64,000 bases of DNA, from contig DASZYA010000004.1 in NCBI GenBank assembly GCA_035545675.1, positions 6,519-70,518 of the forward strand, in the 5' to 3' direction. Positions 47,365 to 57,706 of the stretch are shown piece after piece (position 1 is the stretch's first letter; the number at the start of each line of letters is the position of its first letter). This DNA is from Patescibacteria group bacterium. GTDB taxonomy: Bacteria > Patescibacteriota > Microgenomatia > Levybacterales > GWA1-39-11. Position numbers and translations under genes: made by a program. The notes under the pieces were generated by a model that was not told the DNA's origin, did not search any database, and saw only the letters and a list, made by a program, of their open reading frames with translations.

Positions 47365-49115
47365 CTTAGGAGTTTGGAGTATTTATTAAATTCTGTTTCT
47401 AGCTCTTCTACTTTTTGGCTGTCCTTTTCTTTTTCTGCTTCACCAATTAACGTTCCAAGTTTTTTAAGTTTTGCTCGGACGCTTGTAGTTTTGGCTTGCT
47501 TTGCAATCTTTTCAATTTCTGTTTTTAGTTTCTCATCACTGTTAAAATCAGCAATCGGTGCAATTGAAGCTGTATCAAAAGCCATTTTGAGTTCACTTGG
47601 TAAATATGAGGCAAAATGGCTTGCATCAAATGTAGTGCTAGTTTGCGTATAGTCTTCAAGTTTTTTTAAAACCTTCTCGTATGAGGGGTTTGTGAGGCCA
47701 ATCCCATCCAATACTGTTTTTGCGGTTACTAAAAATTCTTTAGGACGGGGCGATTGAAAAATCAAAGATAAAAGATATGTTTCAATTTTCTCCTCTTTTG
47801 TTAGTTGGCGATTAATATCTGATACTACTTTTTTGGGTTCTGGTTTTGTGCTCTTTTGAGCCTGACGTGTAACTGAGTCAAGAGAAACGTCAAGTTTTTC
47901 TGCCAATTTTTTAAGATAATGCTCTTTTATAACCTCGTTTTCTATTGCGGCAAGATATGGTAGAGTTCTGTCTAGTATCTTTTTCATTCCCTCAGCGCTC
48001 GCCTTATCTGATTCTTTTATCGCTGAGTCAATAATGAAGTCATAAACATTTATGTCATCTCTCATTGCCTTCTTAAAAGCTGGCGCGTTTTCATTTAGTA
48101 GTTCATCTGGATCTTTACCTAGAGGAGGAATAATAACTGTGGCTGTAATTCCCTCATGTTCAATTAATTGAATTGATCTACGCTGTGCTTCTGTTCCGGC
48201 CTTATCTGTGTCAAAACAAAATACAAATTTTGGAGCAAAACGTTTTAGAAGTTTTATTTGATTTTCTGTTAAGGCAGTTCCTTTGACTGCGACTATATTT
48301 GTAATTCCTTCCTTGTGAGCCGTTATTACATCAAACTCTCCTTCAACAATTATTACTTTCCCCTCTTTTTTAATTCCATCACGAGCAAGATTTATTCCAA
48401 AAAGAGTGTCACCCTTTACATAAACCGGAGTTTCACGAGTGTTTACATATTTTGGTTGGGTTTCAGCATTTAACCCACGGCCCGAGAAGGCAATAACATT
48501 TCCACGGGCATCAATTATTGGAAAGATTATTCTACTTCTAAAAAAGTCTGATACGTAGCGTCCACGCCTAAAACCAAGACCCGCATTAAGAACTTCATCC
48601 TCTGTGTATTTTTTCTTGCCAATAAGATATTTGACTAACGCATCATTGTCTGGTGCAAACCCAAGATTGAAAGTTTTTATAAGCGGAATAGACATTTTTC
48701 TTTCATTCAATAAATAATCTAGTGCTTTTTTTCCAACCGGATGGCTAAGCAATAGATAGTTATAAAATTGGGAGGTAAGATGATTTAGGGAGTAAATTGA
48801 CTCTTGTTTCTTCTCTCTTTCTGTTCTGGCTGCTGGGGCGCTAAGCTTTATTCCAGCCCGCATTGCAAGTTCTTTCAGAGCTTCTCCAAATCCAATATTT
48901 TCGTACTCTTCTACAAAAGTAAAAACATCTCCTCCTTTTTGACACCCAAAACAGTGCCAAATTTGACGATCCGGAGATACTACAAAAGAAGCGCTTTTTT
49001 CATCATGGAATGGACAATTGGATTTAAAGTTACGTCCTGCTTTCTTAAGCTGAATATAGCTTCCAATTACATCAACTATATCTAGTTTTTGTTTTACTTT
49101 TTCTATATCGTCCAT
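47361..49115 (-). CDS. dnaG: DNA primase
   Basis: CPFH...CFGC zinc finger, PKYVNT, VEGEFD, FDTDKAG, KDPDE; start moved to 49115. Confidence 0.96.
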   Translation of the reverse strand: MDDIEKVKQKLDIVDVIGSYIQLKKAGRNFKSNCPFHDEKSASFVVSPDRQIWHCFGCQKGGDVFTFVEEYENIGFGEALKELAMRAGIKLSAPAARTEREKKQESIYSLNHLTSQFYNYLLLSHPVGKKALDYLLNERKMSIPLIKTFNLGFAPDNDALVKYLIGKKKYTEDEVLNAGLGFRRGRYVSDFFRSRIIFPIIDARGNVIAFSGRGLNAETQPKYVNTRETPVYVKGDTLFGINLARDGIKKEGKVIIVEGEFDVITAHKEGITNIVAVKGTALTENQIKLLKRFAPKFVFCFDTDKAGTEAQRRSIQLIEHEGITATVIIPPLGKDPDELLNENAPAFKKAMRDDINVYDFIIDSAIKESDKASAEGMKKILDRTLPYLAAIENEVIKEHYLKKLAEKLDVSLDSVTRQAQKSTKPEPKKVVSDINRQLTKEEKIETYLLSLIFQSPRPKEFLVTAKTVLDGIGLTNPSYEKVLKKLEDYTQTSTTFDASHFASYLPSELKMAFDTASIAPIADFNSDEKLKTEIEKIAKQAKTTSVRAKLKKLGTLIGEAEKEKDSQKVEELETEFNKYSKLLS

Positions 49116-49124
49116 GGGTATAAC

Positions 49125-49170
49125 AAACAACTGACAATTGACCACTGACAATTGACCACTGACAATTGAC
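49125..49170. repeat. ACTGACA/ATTGACC heptamer tract in the dnaG leader
   Basis: (ACTGACAATTGACC)~3 between minus-strand TACAAT and the dnaG ATG; same family as 38256-38288. Confidence 0.8.
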
Positions 49171-49240
49171 GGTTTGCAAGGCTATTGTAGCACAGAAGAT
49201 ATATTCGCTTGCTCTCTACAATTATTCATATGCTTAACCA

Positions 49241-49338
49241 ATTATTGCTATTAGCTATAAGCTCGAAGTATGTTTTTTCTTTGATTTATGTTTCCTGTCT
49301 TGAAAACTATTAGCTATTTGCTATTAACTATTAACTAG
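49241..49338. repeat. Two GCTATTA-type degenerate heptamer tracts
   Basis: tgctattagctataagct and actattagctatttgctattaactattaact. Confidence 0.6.
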
Positions 49339-49341
49339 AAT

Positions 49342-50868
49342 ATGTTTGCCAAGGTTTTTTCAGGCGCTGTCATTGGGCTTGATGGGGTTTTGGTTGAGGT
49401 TGAAACAGATATTCTGTCTGGACTACCGGCTTTTAATATTGTGGGCTTAGCAGACCGCGCTGTAGAAGAATCTCGTGAACGAGTTAGGTCTGCTCTAAAA
49501 AATATTTCAGCAGATTTACCTGCCAAAAGAATCACTGTAAATTTAGCACCCGGCGATCTACCAAAAGAAGGTTCATCCTTTGATCTTCCGATTGCCATTT
49601 CAATACTTCTTGCAACGGGACAATTATCAGCAGATGTTTCGCGCTCCATGTTCTTGGGAGAATTGTCTTTGGATGGTTCGGTTCGTAATACCAACGGGGT
49701 TTTGCCGGTGGTGTTGCTAGCCAAAGAGCTTGGAATGGAGAATATTTTTGTCCCTGAGCAAAATATATTAGAAGCTGCCGTTGTATCGGGTGTTAATATC
49801 TATCCGGTAAAAACTTTAAAAGAAATTTTTCTTCATTTGTCTGGTCAAAAAATCTTAGAGGTTTTTCCGCAAGCCTCTTATGAGAGTTATCTAAAGGATG
49901 AAGAGTACGATTTTGATATGAGAGATATTAAGGGACAGGAATTTGTAAAGCGCGCAATAGAGATTGCAGTTGCCGGAGGACACAATATCTTACTTAAAGG
50001 GCCACCCGGAAGTGGAAAAACCTTAATATCAAAAACCGTCCCATCAATTCTTCCGCCACTTACTTTTGATGAAGCAATTGAGGTAACAAAGATTTATAGT
50101 ATCTCGGGTCTTCTTGGTAAAAATGCTCTCATGGTTGTCCGCCCTTTTAGGAACCCCCATCATACTACGTCTCATATCGGGCTAATTGGTGGATCAGCTG
50201 TTCCCAAGCCAGGAGAAGTGTCACTTGCACATCGCGGAGTTCTATTCTTAGATGAATTTCCTGAATTCCCAAGACAAGTTCTTGAAGCTCTTCGTCAGCC
50301 CTTAGAGGATGGTCATGTAGTTGTTTCTCGTGCTCGCCAAAGAGTAACTTTTCCAAGCCGCTTTATGCTAGTTGCTGCTCTTAATCCATGTCCTTGTGGG
50401 TTTTATGGAGATCCAAATAATGAATGTAAATGTACTTATTCTCAGGTTCTTCGTTACCAAAAAAGGGTTTCAGGGCCAATGCTAGATAGAATTGATATTC
50501 ATATTGATGTTCCAGCAGTTAAAGCTTCAAAGATAGTAAATGATGATGAAGAAGAGGGAGAGTCTTCTAAAAAGATAAGAGGGCGCGTTGTAAAAGCTCG
50601 TAAAGTTCAAGAGAATCGTTTTAAGGGCAAAAAAGTTATTACAAATAGCGAAATGAGTACGCGAGACATAAAGCAATTGTGTAAAATAGATGAAGAAGCA
50701 AAGGAAGTCTTAAAGCAAGCACTTCTTAAGCTCTCTTTATCTGCTCGGGCGTATCATAAGGTCATAAAAATTGCCCAGACTATTTCTGATCTAGATAATT
50801 CTGACACTATTTCTCGAAATCATGTCCTTGAGGCCCTGCAATATAGACCCAAATTGGCAGAGAGCTGA
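49342..50868 (+). CDS. comM: ComM/YifB Mg-chelatase-like AAA+ ATPase
   Basis: IVGL...ESRERV, TVNLAP, GPPGSGKT, PHH, LAHRGVLFLDE, NPCPCG. Confidence 0.9.
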   Translation: MFAKVFSGAVIGLDGVLVEVETDILSGLPAFNIVGLADRAVEESRERVRSALKNISADLPAKRITVNLAPGDLPKEGSSFDLPIAISILLATGQLSADVSRSMFLGELSLDGSVRNTNGVLPVVLLAKELGMENIFVPEQNILEAAVVSGVNIYPVKTLKEIFLHLSGQKILEVFPQASYESYLKDEEYDFDMRDIKGQEFVKRAIEIAVAGGHNILLKGPPGSGKTLISKTVPSILPPLTFDEAIEVTKIYSISGLLGKNALMVVRPFRNPHHTTSHIGLIGGSAVPKPGEVSLAHRGVLFLDEFPEFPRQVLEALRQPLEDGHVVVSRARQRVTFPSRFMLVAALNPCPCGFYGDPNNECKCTYSQVLRYQKRVSGPMLDRIDIHIDVPAVKASKIVNDDEEEGESSKKIRGRVVKARKVQENRFKGKKVITNSEMSTRDIKQLCKIDEEAKEVLKQALLKLSLSARAYHKVIKIAQTISDLDNSDTISRNHVLEALQYRPKLAES

Positions 50869-51008
50869 TAGGTGTTAGCTCATAGGTTTTAGGGAATAGG
50901 GATTAGAGAAATTCAATTATCAAATTCCAATTAATCAAACCAATTAATAAATAACAAAAGATAGCGAGTTTGAAAATTGATCAATTGATTTAATTGGTAA
51001 TTAATTAA
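50864..51008. repeat. Composite heptamer tract plus AT-rich inverted-arm element
   Basis: TAGGTTT/TAGGGAA/TAGGGAT units (22 bp shared with 57621-57642), then caattat..tttgaaaatt..aattg arms. Confidence 0.6.
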
Positions 51009-51010
51009 AA

Positions 51011-51892
51011 ATGGATAAAAATATCTTTACAAAAATATTTACAGTTTTTCTCATTTACTCTCTTCTACTTCTTTTTATTGGAAGACAAATTGGTTTTATT
51101 CCAGAACTTCATTTTGGAAATAAAAAAGTAGTAACAGCTACCCAAGATACAAGAAAACAGGTTTTAGATCAGTTTTTAAGAAATGAAAAAGGAGAATACA
51201 GTATTTATTATAAGAATCTAAAAACCGGAGAAGAGTTTGGGATAGATGAGAACAAAGTTCAGACAGCTGCTTCTTTGAATAAGCTCCCCTATGTTGCCTA
51301 TTTATACAACCAAGCAGGCAAAGGAAAAATAAGTCTTTCTGATCAAATTACAATTCAGAAAGATGATATACAAGATTACGGTACGGGATCGTTACGGTAT
51401 GCGGATCCTGGAGGATCATACTCTCTTAAGACATTAACAAAACTTGCTATGGAGCAATCTGATAATACAGCGGCTCATGTTCTTGGCGTAAGGCTTGGTG
51501 CGGACAATGTGCAGGATTATGTTAATTCTCTTGGGATGCTAGCAACAAATCTTGATAACAATACAACCTCAGCCAAGGATATGGGAACAATTCTAGGAGA
51601 TCTCTATATGGGTAAAGTTGTAAATTCTGCCTTAAAGCTTGAGCTTCTTGATTTTATGAAAGATACGGATTTTGAAGATAGACTTGCCCGCAACATTCCC
51701 AAAAGCGTTTCCGTTTATCATAAGGCCGGGGATGGAGTTGGTTTTGTGCATGACGCTGGAATAATTGATGATGGTAAGAATCCGTTTATTCTAGTAGTCA
51801 TGACAAGTGAGGTTCCAGATATAGAACATGCAAAATCAACAATTGGAAAGATCGCAAAGTTTGTCTACGATAAACAGGTTTCAGCGAATTAG
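51011..51892 (+). CDS. Class A beta-lactamase-like serine hydrolase, membrane anchored
   Basis: SxxK (ASLNK), SDN, HKAG, HDAG. Confidence 0.85.
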   Translation: MDKNIFTKIFTVFLIYSLLLLFIGRQIGFIPELHFGNKKVVTATQDTRKQVLDQFLRNEKGEYSIYYKNLKTGEEFGIDENKVQTAASLNKLPYVAYLYNQAGKGKISLSDQITIQKDDIQDYGTGSLRYADPGGSYSLKTLTKLAMEQSDNTAAHVLGVRLGADNVQDYVNSLGMLATNLDNNTTSAKDMGTILGDLYMGKVVNSALKLELLDFMKDTDFEDRLARNIPKSVSVYHKAGDGVGFVHDAGIIDDGKNPFILVVMTSEVPDIEHAKSTIGKIAKFVYDKQVSAN

Positions 51893-52510
51893 TTTCACTA
51901 AGTTGTGATAACTCTCTGCTGGATTCGGTGCGGTCCAGATGCAGCTGGTTGAAACGAATCGCGTTGCTCCGGATTCATGTGCTTTAGCAATAGTTTTGTC
52001 GTTTATTCCCCCATCTGCTCCTATTGGAATATTAGTCAGTTTTCTAAGATGACGGATTTTATCAAGCCTGTCTTCCATAAGGGGTGGGCCAGAAAATCCA
52101 ACTCTATCTGATGTGTAGATAAGTAGAGAATCTAATTCTTCGAAAGGAACTTTTATAGAAGAAATATGAGTTGGTCCATCCAGCGCTAGTCCTACTTCTC
52201 CAAATCTTTTTGCTTCTTTTATAAATTCATTCTGGGAGCTCATGTGTTCAATATGTCCTAAAAATCTTTTAAACCCCGCTTTGCCCCAATTATTAAGCAA
52301 ATTTATAGGGTCTTGGACCATCATGTGAAGTTCTAAAAATAAATCTTGTGAATATTTACTAAATGGTTCCGGGTCAAGAAAAGTTAGATTATTTACAAAT
52401 TTTCCATCAATGATATCTACATGGACGGTGTTGGTGAATGTTTTGATTTGGTTTAGTTTTTTTTCGATTGAATCCCAATCTTTTTCAAGTACGCCGGGGA
52501 TAACTTGCAT
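51881..52510 (-). CDS. rpe: Ribulose-phosphate 3-epimerase
   Basis: HVDIIDGKFV, ELHMMV, ADGGIN. Confidence 0.88.
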   Translation of the reverse strand: MQVIPGVLEKDWDSIEKKLNQIKTFTNTVHVDIIDGKFVNNLTFLDPEPFSKYSQDLFLELHMMVQDPINLLNNWGKAGFKRFLGHIEHMSSQNEFIKEAKRFGEVGLALDGPTHISSIKVPFEELDSLLIYTSDRVGFSGPPLMEDRLDKIRHLRKLTNIPIGADGGINDKTIAKAHESGATRFVSTSCIWTAPNPAESYHNLVKLIR

Positions 52511-52515
52511 GAATC

Positions 52516-52608
52516 TAGTATAAGATATCAGGTGTTAAGTATTAAAGAGTTAACGAGTTAAAGAGTTTAAAATTTATCTGTGATCCAAGATCTAAGAACT
52601 AAGATCTA
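52516..52608. repeat. Composite degenerate heptamer tract
   Basis: taagtat taaagagt taacgagt taaagagt and aagatct aagaact aagatct. Confidence 0.5.
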
Positions 52609-53102
52609 TTTTCGATTGCTGTAATCTTATCTATTCTTCTCTGGTGTCTTGCTTCTCCAGAAAATGGAGTTTCAATAAATACTTTAGATGCCTTCTCGGC
52701 ATCCTCTTTTGTAACAAAGCGAACTCCAAAAGAAAGCATATTTGCATTGTTATGAATCCTTGCGAGTTTCACTATCTCAAAGGGATCAGAACTTTTTGTG
52801 CCATTTATGTCAATGGAATCTATTGGAGCTGCTGCTGTATAAAATAATGCGCAACGAATTCCTGGATATTTATTAGCAGCCATTTGTTCTCCTTGTCCCG
52901 ATCCTCCTATTACGATTCCAAAACTTCCAGGATTTTGACTGACTTTTTGTGCGGCTAGTCCAATAAAGTCTGGATAGTCGTCATCTGGATCATATTTCTC
53001 TGGTCCGCAGTCTTCTACATCATAGTTGTCATCAACCAGATATCTTCTAATGGCTGCTTTTAGATCTAATCCTGTATGATCTGCTGCTATATAAATTTTC
53101 AT
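52599..53102 (-). CDS. rpiB: Ribose-5-phosphate isomerase B
   Basis: ADHTG, DDYPD, GSGQG, ANK, ARIHNNAN, RHQRRI. Confidence 0.9.
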   Translation of the reverse strand: MKIYIAADHTGLDLKAAIRRYLVDDNYDVEDCGPEKYDPDDDYPDFIGLAAQKVSQNPGSFGIVIGGSGQGEQMAANKYPGIRCALFYTAAAPIDSIDINGTKSSDPFEIVKLARIHNNANMLSFGVRFVTKEDAEKASKVFIETPFSGEARHQRRIDKITAIENRS

Positions 53103-53123
53103 AATTAACCTAAAACCTAATCT

Positions 53124-54011
53124 CTAAATTATTGCCTTATTGCTTGATCCGAATACGTCTATCTTTTCTTCTACCACTTTTTGTACATCATCTTCAACTG
53201 TTTTCATTAGTTTTACTACTGCATATTCATCTGGATTATCCTTAAGTTGTTCTTCTAGCTCATTTCTAAAAGCAACTCTCATATCAGAATTTATGTTGAT
53301 TTTACTTACGCCCACCTCAATAGCTTGCTTAAAATATTCAGGAGGAGTCCCTGATCCGCCGTGGAGTGATATAGCACAAGGTAAAACTGCCCTAATTCTT
53401 TTTAGAAGCTCTATGTCGAGGATTTTGGGCACGGGATATTTGCCATGAAGATTTCCTATTGCTGCAGCAAATGTATCAATTCCTGTTGCTTCTACAAAAG
53501 CTTTTGCTCCCTCTGGTGTTGAGAAAGTCTTTTTAATCTCTTCGTAATCTATTTCCTCTTTGTGTAGGTTTGAACTTCCTCCAAAATAGTGAGGTTCTGA
53601 TTCAACGAGTGCTCCTGTTTTTTTAGCATACTCTACAACCTCTTTTGTTGCTTGAATTATTTCTTCTTCTGTTGCATCTTTTTTTGCTTGGGATAGATCT
53701 ATGTGGATAAATTCAAATCCTGCATCAATACCCGCCTTTGCTGCTTCAACGCTTGGCGAATGATCTAGGTTTATATACATTTCAACACCAAACTCTTGCT
53801 TGTAGTTATCAACCATGTCGCGAACATTAGCAAGTCCCATTGCTTCTACTTCTCCGTGCGATACTTCTACCAAGACGGGTGCGTTTTTATTTTTTGCTGC
53901 TCTGACGATTGCTATGAGGGTTTCTTGATTGTCTATGTTGAAGGCACCTACTGCGAATTTTTCTTTCTTAGTTCTCTCCCATAATTCTCTTGCCTTGTCT
54001 TGATTTGTCAT
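53124..54011 (-). CDS. fba: Class II fructose-bisphosphate aldolase family protein
   Basis: AVGAFN, NLDH, GNLHG, LHGGSG, KININSD. Confidence 0.88.
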   Translation of the reverse strand: MTNQDKARELWERTKKEKFAVGAFNIDNQETLIAIVRAAKNKNAPVLVEVSHGEVEAMGLANVRDMVDNYKQEFGVEMYINLDHSPSVEAAKAGIDAGFEFIHIDLSQAKKDATEEEIIQATKEVVEYAKKTGALVESEPHYFGGSSNLHKEEIDYEEIKKTFSTPEGAKAFVEATGIDTFAAAIGNLHGKYPVPKILDIELLKRIRAVLPCAISLHGGSGTPPEYFKQAIEVGVSKININSDMRVAFRNELEEQLKDNPDEYAVVKLMKTVEDDVQKVVEEKIDVFGSSNKAII

Positions 54012-54958
54012 ATCTGTTTTGCACTTAAATTATTATTGCTTTTTATTCTTTCGTCAAGCTCTTTTTTGGATAGTAAGCCGTTTTCTGCACCAATTTGTTG
54101 CATTTTGTATTCAGCATTTGTTGCTCCCCAAAGCATTGAGGTGGGAATATCTTGTTCGTTGAGTATTCCGGCAAAGAAACCCGAGGCATATGCATCTCCT
54201 GCGCCGGTTTTTTCTTTCCCTACACCTGGAGCTGGGTCAATATGATACATGGTTCTTGTTTTGTCAGCAGCATAGGCTCCATTTGCCCCGTCTGTTATTG
54301 AGATAGTTTCTACTCCTAAATCAAGAAGAGTCGCTAGCTGCTCTTTTATATCAGATTTATCTGTTATCTTTTCTGCTTCTTCCTTGTTTGAGAAATATGC
54401 CTTTGAATTTTTTACTACGTCTAGAGTTAATTCATTTTTCTCTTCAATTTGGCGTGTTCCAGGAGAGAAAGCTAGGGGAATATTGTTTTCTCGGGCATAA
54501 GATAGAACTTTCTTATAGGCGTCTTCCCACATTTCTGGAATTGAAGTTAGAAATATATAGTCATACTTTTCTTCTTTTGGAGCAAAACCGTAAGAAGCCC
54601 TGCCATAATTGGAAACAATAATACGATCTTCTGGGAAATCTAGGATCAGGTGTATTGGGGAGGCAAGATCAGGCACCCTCTCGATATCAAGTCCTACTCC
54701 TTGGCTCGAAAGGCCATTTTCTATTTCGCGGGAGAAAAAATCTGATCCTAAATATGTGTAGAATGTGGTTGGAGTTTCCAATTTTGTCAGACCAACTGAA
54801 ACATTCGCGCCATTTCCCCCAATAGAATGACCCTGGATTTGGGATGGAATTTTATCCCCCAGAGATAGCTCTACTTTCTTATCGTTGAGATTAAAATGAT
54901 CTTTATCAAGAGTTAAAAAGAGGTCAATAACAGAGGATCCAATTACAAGAACATGCAT
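54008..54958 (-). CDS. PfkB family carbohydrate kinase
   Basis: GGNGANV, NKEEA, ITDGANGA, TGAGDAY. Confidence 0.9.
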   Translation of the reverse strand: MHVLVIGSSVIDLFLTLDKDHFNLNDKKVELSLGDKIPSQIQGHSIGGNGANVSVGLTKLETPTTFYTYLGSDFFSREIENGLSSQGVGLDIERVPDLASPIHLILDFPEDRIIVSNYGRASYGFAPKEEKYDYIFLTSIPEMWEDAYKKVLSYARENNIPLAFSPGTRQIEEKNELTLDVVKNSKAYFSNKEEAEKITDKSDIKEQLATLLDLGVETISITDGANGAYAADKTRTMYHIDPAPGVGKEKTGAGDAYASGFFAGILNEQDIPTSMLWGATNAEYKMQQIGAENGLLSKKELDERIKSNNNLSAKQI

Positions 54959-55187
54959 AGATTAATTGTAGAACAATTTAGCAGCTACTGACAACCCTTC
55001 GACAGGCTCAGGCCAGGTCTTATCTCAGAATGAACAAAAGGCTGATTCCTCTTCCAAATAAGGCTAATTCTTGGTATAATTTGGATTGATTTCAAGGCCT
55101 TTTTGTTAAGTGGTCTGATTCTGCCTGTCCTAAGAATTTATACCTCTGCGTGATTTTTGGTTAACGTAGATCTCTTAAGTATTTATT

Positions 55188-57611
55188 ATGCGTATTATCA
55201 TGGCTGTCCTAAACTTTATTGTTAACCTACTTGTGAGGATTGGTGATTTTGTGCTTGATATGTTTTATCTTCCGGTAAAGGCTACTAAGAGCGCAGTTCC
55301 CTCTGTAAAAAATATTACAAAACCTAGAAGTGGCACATTTAACCTTAAGAAAAAAGAACCCATAAAGTTGCCAAAAATAAAAGTAAAAAGTCCAATACCT
55401 TTAGTTAGTTCATTTTTTTTAAAAGTATTCCAGGTAGTAAAAAAAGCATTTTTGATTGTTGTAAAAATCTTAAAACTTCCTTTTGTTTTTATTGCTTTCG
55501 TTTTTGGTTTTATTGTGGGTGGAATCAAGAAAATTCATCTTCCAAGGTTCAAGAAACCAAGCATTACGCTTTCCGCAAGAACATCAACGTCTAGGAAAAT
55601 GGCTGTGAAAAAGCCAATCAAGAAGGCAAAGTTTACTTACCATAAGCCAAGCTTTACCTACAAGCTAAAGTACGTTTTTATAGGTTTTATGTTTTCTTTT
55701 GTTTTTCTATTCATGCCTCTTGTCTCGTTTCTTTTTGTGTCCGATCTTCCAAATCCATCTGATCTATCTGTAAATTACATTCCAAAAACCACAAAGATTT
55801 ATGATAGAAACGGAACGCTTCTTTATGAGATCTATGCAAATCAAAACAGAACTATAGTAAGTCTTAATGACATACCAAAAAACCTTACAAATGCTACTGT
55901 TGCAATTGAAGATAAAGATTTCTATAACCATCCAGGATTTGATATTAGAGGAATAATAAGAGCACTTATTACAAACGTTAGAAATCAAGGTTTTCAGGGA
56001 GGATCAACTATTACTCAGCAGCTTATTAAATCTGCTTTTTTAACGCCTGATCCAACCATTGTCAGAAAAGTAAAAGAAATAGCTCTGGCCTTCTGGGCAG
56101 AAAGAGTTTATTCAAAAAATCAGATACTCGAGCTTTATTTGAATTATGTTCCTTATGGTGGAACTGCTTGGGGAGCACAAGCTGCTTCTGATGTCTATTT
56201 TGGCAAAGATGTAAAAGATTTAGATCTTGCTCAGTCTGCTTTTCTTGCCGGTCTTCCCCAGTCTCCATCTGTTTATTCACCTTTTTCTGGAAATAAAGAT
56301 CTTTGGAAACAAAGACAGCGTGAAGTTCTTAATGCGATGGTTAAATCAAATTACATTACAAAAGATCAGGCAAAGAAAGCCTACGATGAAAAGCTAACGT
56401 TTAATACTCCCGATGTTTCTATTAAGGCTCCACATTTTGTTATGTATGTAAGGCGTTTACTAGAAGAAAAATATGGTCTTACAGAGGTTGAGCGTGGAGG
56501 GTTATCGGTTTATACCAGTCTTGACCTTGGGGTCCAGAATAAGGCTGAGCAAATAGTAAGTGATGAAGTTGATTCTGATTCATATCTTAACATTGGAAAT
56601 GGAGCGGCTTTAATTACTGATCCAAGGAATGGAGATATACTCGCTATGGTAGGAAGTAAAAACTATTTTGATACGGCAAACGATGGAAATGTTAATCTTA
56701 CGACTTCACTTAGACAGCCCGGATCATCAATAAAACTAATTACCTATTCCCTTGCTTTGTCACAAGGTTATACGGAGGCATCTATTATGGATGATACCCC
56801 TCTTACAATTAGTGTTGCAGGTGGTCCATCTTATAGCCCTGTAAACTATGATGGTAATTTCCATGGAAAAGTTCCTTTAAGAACGGCTTTTGCAAATTCA
56901 TTTAACATTCCACCGGTTAGGCTTGCTCAAAAATTTGGAGCGGATAAGGTAAAAGACTTTGGGGTAAAAATGGGAATTAGTTCTTGGACTAATGTTCAAA
57001 ATTATGGCGTTTCAATTACTCTTGGAGGAGTTGAGGTTAAGATGACAGATCTTGCAACAGCCTACGGAGTTATTGCAAATAGCGGACAAAGAGTTGATCT
57101 TAATCCAATTCTTAAAGTTCAGGATTCTCATGGTCAAACAATCTATTCAAAGAGCATTAATGAGACTCCAATTCTTGATCCTGGAGTAGCTTTCATAATT
57201 TCTGATATCCTAGCTGACAACAATGCGAGAAGTATTGAATTTGGACTTAACACACCACTTAACGTTCCTGGTGCTCGTGTTTCTGTAAAAACTGGAACAA
57301 CAGATAATAAGCGTGATAATTGGACAATTGGTTTTACCCCAAATGTAGTTGTGGCAACTTGGGTTGGAAATAATGACAATTCCCCTCTAAACCCCGCTCT
57401 TGCCTCTGGAATAACTGGTGCTGCTCCTATGTGGAATAAGATTATGACTATGATGCTTGATAAAATTGGAACCCCATCAGCCGTTGTAATACCGGGAGAT
57501 GTTGTTAAGAAATATTGCCTTGGGCAGGATAGATATTTTGTGCAAGGAACAGAAAATTCTGTAAGTTGTAGCGGACCGGCAACCTCTACTACTCCCACTC
57601 CACAACGTTAA
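55188..57611 (+). CDS. Class A penicillin-binding protein (PBP1A-like) with long N-terminal extension
   Basis: EDKDFY, GGSTITQQ, RKVKE transglycosylase; GSSIK, SFN, KTGT transpeptidase. Confidence 0.92.
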   Translation: MRIIMAVLNFIVNLLVRIGDFVLDMFYLPVKATKSAVPSVKNITKPRSGTFNLKKKEPIKLPKIKVKSPIPLVSSFFLKVFQVVKKAFLIVVKILKLPFVFIAFVFGFIVGGIKKIHLPRFKKPSITLSARTSTSRKMAVKKPIKKAKFTYHKPSFTYKLKYVFIGFMFSFVFLFMPLVSFLFVSDLPNPSDLSVNYIPKTTKIYDRNGTLLYEIYANQNRTIVSLNDIPKNLTNATVAIEDKDFYNHPGFDIRGIIRALITNVRNQGFQGGSTITQQLIKSAFLTPDPTIVRKVKEIALAFWAERVYSKNQILELYLNYVPYGGTAWGAQAASDVYFGKDVKDLDLAQSAFLAGLPQSPSVYSPFSGNKDLWKQRQREVLNAMVKSNYITKDQAKKAYDEKLTFNTPDVSIKAPHFVMYVRRLLEEKYGLTEVERGGLSVYTSLDLGVQNKAEQIVSDEVDSDSYLNIGNGAALITDPRNGDILAMVGSKNYFDTANDGNVNLTTSLRQPGSSIKLITYSLALSQGYTEASIMDDTPLTISVAGGPSYSPVNYDGNFHGKVPLRTAFANSFNIPPVRLAQKFGADKVKDFGVKMGISSWTNVQNYGVSITLGGVEVKMTDLATAYGVIANSGQRVDLNPILKVQDSHGQTIYSKSINETPILDPGVAFIISDILADNNARSIEFGLNTPLNVPGARVSVKTGTTDNKRDNWTIGFTPNVVVATWVGNNDNSPLNPALASGITGAAPMWNKIMTMMLDKIGTPSAVVIPGDVVKKYCLGQDRYFVQGTENSVSCSGPATSTTPTPQR

Positions 57612-57690
57612 GGATTAGGATTTAGGGAATAGGGATTAGAGATTTAATCTGCTATTCGCTATTCGCTATTCGCTATTCGCTATTCGCTAT
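57610..57690. repeat. TAGGATT/TAGGGAA-type arm followed by perfect (GCTATTC)5
   Basis: aggatt aggattt agggaat agggatt agagatt then gctattc x5 + gctat, ending at the pgk -10 (TATAAT). Confidence 0.85.
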
Positions 57691-57706
57691 GTATAATGAT
57701 TAAGGA

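Noticed and set aside
49116-49151. N-terminal extension MSVVNCQLFVIP of DnaG in the ORF track
   Set aside because: It is the translated heptamer repeat; the likely start is ATG 49115
51011-51892. Antibiotic-resistance beta-lactamase
   Set aside because: Membrane-anchored serine hydrolase of the class A fold; beta-lactam hydrolysis cannot be inferred from motifs
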